Below, piece by piece: positions 54,601 through 64,000 of a DNA stretch of 64,000 nt. Numbering within the stretch: position 1 is the first letter of the stretch; every line of letters starts with the position of its first letter. Made by a program: the position numbers and the translations under genes. Source of the stretch: Bugula neritina (Eukaryota; Animalia; Bryozoa). Under the pieces are notes generated by a model, which had not been told where the DNA came from, searched no databases, and saw nothing but the letters and a program-made list of their open reading frames with translations. Where the stretch lies: the NCBI GenBank assembly GCA_964035545.1, contig OZ037766.1, positions 6,934,722-6,998,721 of the forward strand, given 5' to 3'.

Positions 54601-57433
54601 ATAGTACCGCTGATTCATAGCAAACTAATAATATTCATTAAATTAGGTCATCGGCTAAAGTCATCAGCATTTGGAGAAGCCTGTGTTCCATTAAACTGGC
54701 AACCTTGTTCAGGTGAGGCAGGGTGTGATCACAACACCAACCAGCCTATCGTAGTGCCTTCTGTAGTATCATCTGATTGCGAGCAGATGGAAGGAGGACT
54801 TCCCTGCAGAAACACCCAAATTTCTCCAGGTTAGCAATCTTCTCATTAATTCTAAAAAAAGAATTTGTTTCTCATCTAAAATTTTTCAAAAGCATTCTGT
54901 AATTAAATTAAGTATAATTATATGTTATGCACTTTTCACCCAACTGCAACGCAGAGGGATTACAAGCTTTTGATATATTATAGACAGCAAAAAAGATATA
55001 ATATACTAGTGCAAAAAGTTATGCAATCCGTTGCTTAGATAATAATTTTGAAGACTTTGATGTGTCTCTCCAGGCCTAATTGAATAAATTCAATTTGTAA
55101 AACTGGAGTGTGTTTAATTTAACTTGAATTAATACCACGATATATGTCACATAGTATCTTCACATATATCTAATGCACATGTATTCTATAACCACGTAAA
55201 TGCAATAGTCAACATACTTCAAGTAAAGAAGCTCATAATGAAATGTTTTTGTCAAATTTGTGTGTTGATGTAAAGTTTCCTACCTACTTTCTTAGCATAA
55301 ATCTACAGAGCCTTAAAACGAACACAAAAGTTATAAAGTATGCAGTTTTGAAAAAGCAAGATTTAGTCTTAAATCTTAATCTACTAGCAAGTAGCTATTC
55401 TTCTCAATAACAATTTTTTCATGTTATGTAATTTGTATATTTGCAGATGACTGTTTTGGTAACGGTTGCTCTCCAGTCTTGGCAGATTGCTCTCCGGAAG
55501 GCTGTAACTACCCCCCACTAACTGACTGTTCAAGTGGCAGTTGCTCTGAGGCTACCAGTGAATGTGGAGATCAGCCATGTGAGACAGCTGTAGCAGCTGC
55601 CGGTGGTAGCTGCCTAAACGGAGGAACTAAACTGAATAATGGCGTCTGCTTATGCCAGCATGGCTATGAGGGAAGCCGGTGTGAATATAGTGTAGTAGGA
55701 AACACGCTGCCTGTAGCAGGTGAGTCATTTATAATCAAATTGAGTCGGCTTCTGTGTTGAAACAGTTTTTTGGTAAAAAATACATCAAAAGTAAATCCGT
55801 GTCAACTGTTGCAAAAATGAATTCACTCCAGAGGGAGTACAAATAAATAAGAGGAAACAACTCTAGAGTCATCAATTTGTACAAAAAAACTTTTACATTT
55901 CGCAACAATAATTATACTTATTGCCTGCTCTCTATAATCTTGAAATACACAATATGATAAGCAAGATAAACGTATACATATATAATTATTCACATAAATA
56001 ATATTTTTTGTAGATGTAGATGATATTGACGAATGCAATGTTGAGGGCACCTATGGAAGGGGGCCATGTGCTCATGAATGCATGAATACGATTGGCTCAT
56101 TTAAATGCTTTTGCCCTGCTGGTTCAATGCTGGCCCCGGATGGTGTTAACTGTATGCTAATCACGTGTCCCAAGTGTATGCACGGTGGGTACTGTGACAC
56201 AAACACCAACCAATGTGTCTGTCCTGCTGGATTTACTGGAGAAATATGTGAAACTGGTGAGTTAAGAATTTGTAACGTTAAAACCTTTTGACTCAAAAAT
56301 AGTTTTTAATTGATTTCTTGCTGAAAGCAAAATTATGAATTTATTTATTAGCATATATTTTACTTGTAAAATCTCAATTATATACTGTAAAGGACCTGAA
56401 AGGCTCAAATATTAAATGTGAAGAGACTGCATAACTGATTTAAACTTGTTAGGCCAGCTAGTATGGGTCAAGGAGTATTCTGTGCCATCACCAGTGAATT
56501 ATGTGTAAAGCTTGAAAAGTTCGGTAGAAATATTTCTAGGAAATGGACAAAAACAGTTTCGGAGATATTTCAATATTATGTGTTGATCTGCTTTTAGCAA
56601 AAGAAGCTTTTAATATTTATTGCTTGAATTTAAATTATTATTTGCAGATATTGACGAGTGCGAGACAGAAGGCGTGTGCTCTCACCAATGTAGGAACACG
56701 TTTGGGAGTTATGCGTGCTTGTGCAGACAAGGGTATACTTTACTCAGAGATGGACATACTTGTGAAGACTGGAGATGTAAACCGAAATGTGTGAATGGGG
56801 GAGTTTGTGTGAAGAACAAATGTGTCTGTCCCCCTGGCTTTAGAGGAATTATCTGCCAATTCAGTAAGAAAAGTGCTATTAGTTCATTCGTAGTAGAAAC
56901 ATTTTACTAATATTACTTTAAAAAAATTTCATTTCCTTCATACTAACACTCTATGGTAAATGTAGATGAAATTAGACAAGTGGTCTGTATAATATTTAAC
57001 ACAGGCATGTTTAAGTATAAAACTATACTAACCTTCATACAAACTTCGGAACTGGCTAAGCAAATATTTCGGCCCAAAAAAGCAAATTGCATTTTATACA
57101 TTATGGCTAGGATAACTTGATGAAAGCTATGACATAGTTCTAACTGCAGATTACTAAATTGAATATAAAATGTTAATGCTGTGTGTAGCGTGTATCATAA
57201 TCTGTATAGTAATATCAGTGCAAGTGTTAAACATCTTCTGACTTATTAAATATATAGATCTGAAGCAAAGTAGGTACACAGTATGCTCTTTTCTTTCAAA
57301 ACAAATCTTCTCTTTTTTGTTGCATATGATGCTTTGAAAGCTAAGCAAATAAAATAAATTCTTAGATTTATTTGTAGCTGATAATAATCATCACACATAG
57401 CCATTGTTTTTGTTTTTAGATGTAAGATTATAG
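48635..57433 (+). CDS. Secreted EGF/calcium-binding-EGF repeat protein with fibrillin-like N-terminal Cys motif; ~12 exons
   Basis: Signal peptide exon 48635-48705 (MLYVNLQLVVLSLVIASSNS) and exon 50349-50458 (GPNICYSYDVGRHCCPGFVQINSFCIP). Pro/Thr-rich exons ~52039-53949 and Cys-rich exons 54353-54828. EGF in 55447-55719 (CLNGG..CLCQHGYEGSRCE); cbEGF+EGF in ~56020-56256 (DIDEC..CMNTIGSFKCFC) and 56648-56863 (DIDEC..CRNTFGSYACLC). Probable last exon 57420-57433 (NVRL*). Confidence 0.82.
51525..51868. repeat. Compound (CACTA/CACTACTA/CACTACCA)n simple repeat, intronic
   Basis: Mixed 5- and 8-nt units; source of the spurious HYYTTTL ORF. Confidence 0.9.
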
Positions 57434-59494
57434 AATTAATTAATATCTGAGATATATCTGTATTCTGAAGTAACAGCCTGCATGAAGACTTTATCAGAAG
57501 AGATCAGGAAATACTTGTGCAGGATGCTTTATCCTCATCAGCCATAATTTAAACTGCAATATTAAATTTCAATGATATGGTAAATCATATCCATTATAAT
57601 CCTATATTTTATTATACACTAAACTGCCCATTTCAAGTTTCGAAAACCATGCACTGAAATAGAGCAAGACCTTATTGCAACTAATTACGCTATACACTAG
57701 TAAACTTTCAAGTATGAAGCTTACATTCAAACTGAACTTGTTATTTTGTATGTTTTTAAGCAATACACTAACTGTATATTGTTGTTCATTATTTGCACTT
57801 TATCTCCTACCTGATACATTATGTGCCTTCTAAAATTTAATTGGCTAAATCTAAGCCGAGCTGTTGGGCTCTCACATCAATACTCGCGAAACTCTTATGA
57901 GTTTGGCTGTTGAATTTAATAAAATATTTTGATATATTATATTGTCATCATGGCAACAAAATATATAAAATTGTTAAATAGCTGAGAAATTGGCTGAGCA
58001 TTCAACATCAGCCTTTGTTATATGCCTTTATAGTAATCCCATTTACTACATAGTGCACATCAGTAATATATATGCTATTATATATTGTATCTAATGTCAT
58101 TATAAAGAATGCACCGAACAAGTTGATATGTTTTTTACAATATTTGTCTTATACTTACATATGTTTATATAAATTGGAAATGTTGCAATAAAGTATTTTA
58201 TTTTTCTTATACCATGACTTATTTCTGTAAGCTAGCATTTACTAATGACAACGTTGTGAAATAATAGTGAATATTGGCCATAACCTGTAAAAATATGTTT
58301 ACCAAGGCTGATCAATCACCTTAAAAATTGGGTTATCAAAATTTTGACTGAAATAAAAGAACCTTGATAAATGTTATAAAGAAATAAATCTGGTTGTATC
58401 AAAATTTCACTAATTCAAAGCTGCAACAAATAATGTATTTAGATTTTAGACCTGCAATCATTTAAAGTATAATTTTATGGCATCAATAACAAAATAACAA
58501 GTGAATACACTTCATTATTGTATAAACATTAATTGAACTATTTTGTATAATATTTCAAGTATGGGTGTTGAGCTAGATAGTTTAACTATGCACTAGATGC
58601 TTCCTCAATGACAAAGATATTACTTTTAACTAACAAACTTAAAGTTTTCAGCATTCAATAAAATCGAAATGTATCATGTCAAGCAATTCTAGCAACTGCA
58701 CTAAGTTATACACAAGTGTTAATCAACATAACTATGCTGAAAGTAGAAACAGATATTGGCTGGTTACACAACAGTTTTGAGATCTATTCCAATAATTATA
58801 CAATGTGATGAAAGTAAAAAGCAAAGCCTCAAAAAACTTAGAAACTACAAAATATTCCTCAAAATTGGAAAAATTACCCTAACTAACTTTCTTAGCTAAA
58901 TAATTTGACACTCAAAATGTAATTAAAAGCCCACTGAAATTCATGACAAACCATTTGAACAATTGAAAAATTATATGAATAATAAAACCAACAGATCTGA
59001 AAAAACACATCACATCATTGCAATTACTTCAGTATTTAACTAAACAACACGAGGTGAATAAATTAAACTAGCAAAGTATAAATAGACACAACCTACAGCA
59101 TGAACAACATGCTGTTGCAATTGAAGTATAACAATATATTTAAACTTAGAAGTGTAACAGTATATTATGATTAAGTATCAAAACGACTAGAAAAATATTA
59201 ACTATAACAATAATCGATGTGACCATCTATCTTGGGAATGTTTATAATAAAACTCAGGTGAGTTAAAGTTTCAATCCCTGTGAGAGCCGCTGACGACGTA
59301 GTTTTTTACCTGAACTGTGCCTCTCACTATGCTGGTAACATAGTTTGAGGACTTTTAAAGTAGTACAGGATCAGTTACCGCTGCAACTGCCAACATCAAT
59401 CATCAATACCCCTACCACGTCTTGTCTATAATATTAAGTAACATATTAAGTGTACTAAAGTTATAATAGCCACAAGGAGCTGTAAAATGGTTAA

Positions 59495-62400
59495 CTAGGA
59501 TTTAGTTGCAGCTGTAGTTTGATTCTTTTCTTCAGTATCAGTGAATCGAAGTTGTTTTCTCTCGTACAGGCCTAAACAAGAAATTAATGTGAATATCATT
59601 GTGATGTCATTAAAGGCGAAATCGGGTAAAATATTAAAAACATGACAAAATTTTGAATTGAAATTTAAAAAAAACGATTAAAAAATTAAATGGAATGAGA
59701 CAAATAATGAATATATACATAGACTATACATTACATGAGTTAGACATACCTATAGCTATTAAGACAAGCACCAATGCTATGGCATATTTCCAATCTGGAG
59801 AAAACTTTCGAGGGAACAAAAAGCAACTAAATACTGCATTCAATATTCCTAAAAAGAGAAGACAATTATTCAGTAACAATAATATTACATTATATTAAAA
59901 AAAACTCACGCAAGTTTGTGGTCGCCATCCCTGTGAGAAACCCCTGATAGAAAGGTTTTTGTTAAATTGGGCTAAGGACTTATTCAGATGGGGCACAGAA
60001 CCAATTATGACTGGATACTTTTCCTAACATCACCAATGGTCTTTGTTGGGATTCGAACCCATGACTAAGCAAACGCTCTAACCCGTAGACCTTGGCTGCT
60101 TTCTAATATTACATTATATTACCACATAAAAATATATAGTACTAAAATAAATAATATTCTCTATAAAAACATACTTTTTAAAATCATAACATAACCAGCC
60201 AATCTTAGCCATTAGCTGCACGCACAGAGATGTTTATTTATGTTGATGCAAACTATATGTAGTTTAATAATTTTAATAGAGCTCCGAAAAATTCTACACA
60301 TACGCATACATAAACATATTACCTGTGAGAGATTGTGAGTATATCTTTACAATGTTATCCAACTTTTTAATGACGGCTGCTGTCACTAGTCCTGACATGG
60401 CACCTAACTGAACTGTAGCCAATAGGAGAGCAGGAAGCAAGTTGCCGGCTGCAAAGGAATAAGAGTGGTAAGCCCATCCTCTGCCCCAGTAAGTCCACCC
60501 TCTACACCAGTAAGCTCTCCATCTACACCAGTAAGCCCACCCTCTACACCAGTAAGCCACACCCTCTACACCAGTAAGCTCTCCATCTACACCAGTAAGC
60601 CTACCCTCTACACCAGTAAGCCCCTCCTTCTACACCAGTAAGCCACACCCTCTACCCCAGTAAACCTGCCCTCTACGCAGTGTAGACAGTACACAATATC
60701 TTGTGACAAGGAAAACATCAAATGCTACAATTTTAGTTGAAAAAAATATATTTAAAATGAAGCTCCATTGTAAAAACCTTCATAAATTTGTATTAGTGAC
60801 TATATCGAGTGCACTTGGCACTATATTAGGTTGCCATCCGAACTCATGCTGATCAATACCGGTGTTTGATAGAATAAACTATTAACAACCCCATGTATTT
60901 ATATGCATTCAGACATATAACACCCGCACTGTAAACATGCAGCCTCTACTTCAAGTTGTGAATGTTATGAGCTTAAATAAACTATTTCTAGATTTCAGTT
61001 ATTTTAGAATATTATAGTTTATACAAAAATGTTATTGTCCTTGAGATTTAATTGAAAACACCCACCCACTAGCCCTATGTATAGTTGCTGCTAACTAAAC
61101 TGATTCATACAAGTTAGCTGTGTATCCAGTTAGTATTTCCTTACATGAATAGTATTTACTAGTAGAGTGCCTTTCAACCAAGCTTTATCCTGTACTCTAT
61201 ACAAATGTTCTGTGAATTGATTTTCATATTATCAGCTCATAAGAAAGTACAAGTGTACTAACCCAGAACAGGAGAAAGAGCTGCAGCAGTAGCAGCAGTA
61301 GAAGTAGTAGCAGCAGTTGTTGTAGTTGTGGTTGAAAAGATAGTTGGAGATGAAGTAGGAGTGGAACTGCTAGAATGGTAAACCTCCATTACATAGAACA
61401 CCAGGGAGAATAGAGAAGAGTAAAGGTACAACTGGAACTGCTGCTGACTGAAGGACCTCTTGTCATTCTTGAACAGGTACTTTAAAATATGACACAACAG
61501 GTACTTTAAAACATGACACAACAGGTACTTTAAAATATGACACAACAGGTACTTTAAAATATGATGCAAGATAGCATTAAAATCAAAGAAAGAGGTGAAC
61601 TACCTGAAACATACAAAATAGTGAAAATGACAAAATTTACAAAGGCAGTTTATGTAAGGCATATAAATACATTCACCAAAATATATATAGCACATGGCTT
61701 ACATACAAGACTTATACAACACTCAACACCACTAAACAGTCTTTAAAGGAATGTTACAATATAGAAGATAAATTAGACATCTCTGATACCATTTGCTTCT
61801 ATCATTGTTCATAGCTACTAAAACTTAATCTTTGAGTGTTGCTACATGCCAGCTTTTAATTTACTTCCAAAAAGACTTGGAAATTTAAAAACTATTTATA
61901 TACCAACAAGCATGTTTTATGGGTTTTTTGGTACCCCTACTTTAGGTGTGTCTACCTGTTTTTCTTTTGCACAGACAATGATGAATGCTTTACCTTACAA
62001 ATATCTAGAGTATAAAAAATGCAAATTGTAGTAGTTATGGTTGTTGTAGATATAATTGTATATAATTGTTAAAAATGAAGAGTGCTATATTTAACATAAT
62101 ATAGCATAACTTCCCTTTCTTAAAGCACAAAAACTGTCATATATTTTAGCCTGCTCCTAGCTCTAGTTTTAGTAGCTGAATTTTATTTGACAGCATCTCA
62201 TACCTCCCCGCTGTCTACGACGCAACGCTGTCGGCCAGAACTTTCTTACCTCCATGAGAATCGCTGCCGTTACGGAAAGTACAGACACAGTAGCAGAGAT
62301 TAGAAATGCCATTGGAGCTAAATATACGCCTTCACCATCACCGCTGACTTTAGTAACAACAATAGCAAGACAAAGCAGCAGCAGTGCAAACCATTGCAAT

Positions 62401-63772
62401 ACAGTGATGTGCCTCTTAAACAAAACCCTGTAAGTAATGGAGTTATGAATAAAAACTATTATTACACATTGACTTTGCAACAATAAACTGGCAGCAGAGA
62501 AGTCATAGCGGCAGCGTACATGGTGAGATGGTGCAATGAGAGGAAGTTGTAGTGCTGCTACTAGCCTGAGCCGTGATTGTAAACAGACTAACTATATTGG
62601 TTGTCGTGGCAACAGCAAAAACAGCATCATTAGCAGTTAAGCACCATGGTTAAAAAATAACTTTCACCACATAAAAGCATAGAAAACATTGAAAGCCAAG
62701 CAACTTAAAGTAAACTTACCTGTACATACAGTAGTTACTATATACTTACCTGTACATACAGTAAGTACTATATACTCACCTGTACATACAGTAAGTACTA
62801 TATACTCACCTGTACATACAGCAAGTACTATATACTCACCTGTACATACAGTAGTTACTATATACTTACCTGTACATACAGTAAGTACTATATACTCACC
62901 TGTACATACAGCAAGTACTATATACTCACCTGTACATACAGCAAGTACTATATACTCACCTGTACACACAAGCAGTCATAATAACTCTGCTCTGAGATAG
63001 AATGCTCCAGACAGCTGGAGTGGTAAAGTGGAAGGCGTAGAGGAAGAGGTTGTTGTTGATGGCGTACAGTACAGACGGAAGAGCAAACATGAGCGAGAGA
63101 GACACTTTCTGAAGAGTATTATCGTTGAGTAGCTGTACGGTGATCAGACACAACTTTAGCAGTTCAGTAGAGAAAACTATCAGAGTCTAAAACAGGAGTC
63201 TATTACAGCTCAAAGTGATAGAACTACTAAGCTAATTCAACAACTCACTAGTCTTCTCAGTGTGTAAAATAATATTAGAGAATTATTAAAAAAGGTAAGC
63301 TGCATGAATTTAGCGGAAGTATTTTTGTCTAGTTGAAAATTTTGTATCAAATGAGTGTTGGAATGAACAGACTGAGATGCTTTACACATATCTGATAACA
63401 GTGACCTAGTCAGCATTAAGTGGTGGCAGCACGGGGCACCTGCACTAACCTGTTTCACAGGATATACGTCATGGTTGTAGTACTTTAAGGCGTAGCTGCA
63501 CATCATTTTACTCAGATCAAGTACGATGAATAATATGACATAAAGGAGGGTCTCTCTCCGTGATTTTACCTATCAGCAGTATGTTATATAACATTATATC
63601 AATATATAATTACATCAATATATCATATCAATATATTAATAATCATTATATTTTTATATCATTATACTACTTACTATATTGTACCAGTATATTATTATAC
63701 AACTAAATCAATAAATTAACATATTATTTTTCTTAATACATTGGTACATCGTTGTATAAATATTCTCACCAT
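59495..63772 (-). CDS. SLC35A-family nucleotide-sugar transporter (CMP-sialic acid/UDP-sugar transporter-like), 348 aa, 8 coding exons
   Basis: Phase-consistent exons 63772-63770 (ATG only), 63569-63450, 63186-62960, 62427-62250, 61479-61263, 60448-60323, 59848-59750 and 59571-59495. Family motifs: VFSTELLK, FALPSVLYAINNNL, LSQSRVIMTA..YRVLFKR....QWFALLLL, EYLFK, QLYLY, GLVTAAVIKKLDNIVKIYS. The exact paralog is not assignable by eye. Confidence 0.9.
59898..60103 (-). mobile_element. tRNA-derived SINE, near full length, perfect 18-bp TSD
   Basis: Same head, core and 3' end with a T-run tail. TAATATTACATTATATTA lies at 59880-59897 and 60104-60121. Confidence 0.9.
60466..60678 (-). repeat. 21-22-bp minisatellite, ~10 copies, just upstream of the SLC35A acceptor at 60449
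   Basis: Minus-strand unit GTAGAGGGTGGGCTTACTGGT; the last copy runs into the polypyrimidine tract CTCTTATTCCTTTGCAG. Confidence 0.88.
61472..61564 (-). repeat. 24-bp tandem repeat, ~4 copies, of the SLC35A acceptor junction
   Basis: Minus-strand unit TGTGTCATATTTTAAAG|TACCTGT; the last copy is the inferred intron/exon boundary. Confidence 0.9.
62714..62968 (-). repeat. 30-bp tandem repeat, 8+ copies, of the SLC35A donor junction
   Basis: TGTACAG|GTRAGT recurs nine times at exact 30-nt spacing (plus-strand ACCTGTACA at 62718...62958). Confidence 0.93.
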
Positions 63773-64000
63773 CTTTCATCGTAACTGTTTTAGTCGCTGC
63801 GGGCAACAGGCATTGTATAAATATATCAATCTATTGATGTATCAGCATATCATTAGATCAATAGCTAATATATATTTATATTAACATATACGAGTATTTA
63901 AACTAATATATACACATGCTGCACAACATACATCTTGACATAATGATGTCAGATTAGAACATTGTTTCACATATCTTTAGTGAGCTTCAACTATAACTTT

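Overview
AT-rich, intron-rich eukaryotic (invertebrate animal) genomic DNA; no prokaryotic features, CRISPR, rRNA or true tRNA genes were seen. Six multi-exon genes were reconstructed by hand from GT-AG junctions and reading phase: AUP1 (5' part, minus), TAF1B/RRN7 (plus, head-to-head with AUP1), an unidentified single-pass membrane protein (minus), a ~1,950-aa tandem calponin-homology plus coiled-coil protein (plus), a secreted EGF/cbEGF protein with a fibrillin-like N-terminus (plus) and an SLC35A-family nucleotide-sugar transporter (minus). Introns hold five copies of a tRNA-derived SINE family (three with target-site duplications), one CAC...GTG MITE and many mini/microsatellites. The most striking pattern is that several intronic minisatellites are tandem copies of the adjacent splice signal itself. 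These include ~22 perfect TACTAAC branch points in an AG-free zone, 8 back-to-back 30-nt GT...AG mini-intron units, ~20 donor copies and 4 in-frame acceptor copies. Gene identities come from remembered family motifs, not database searches.
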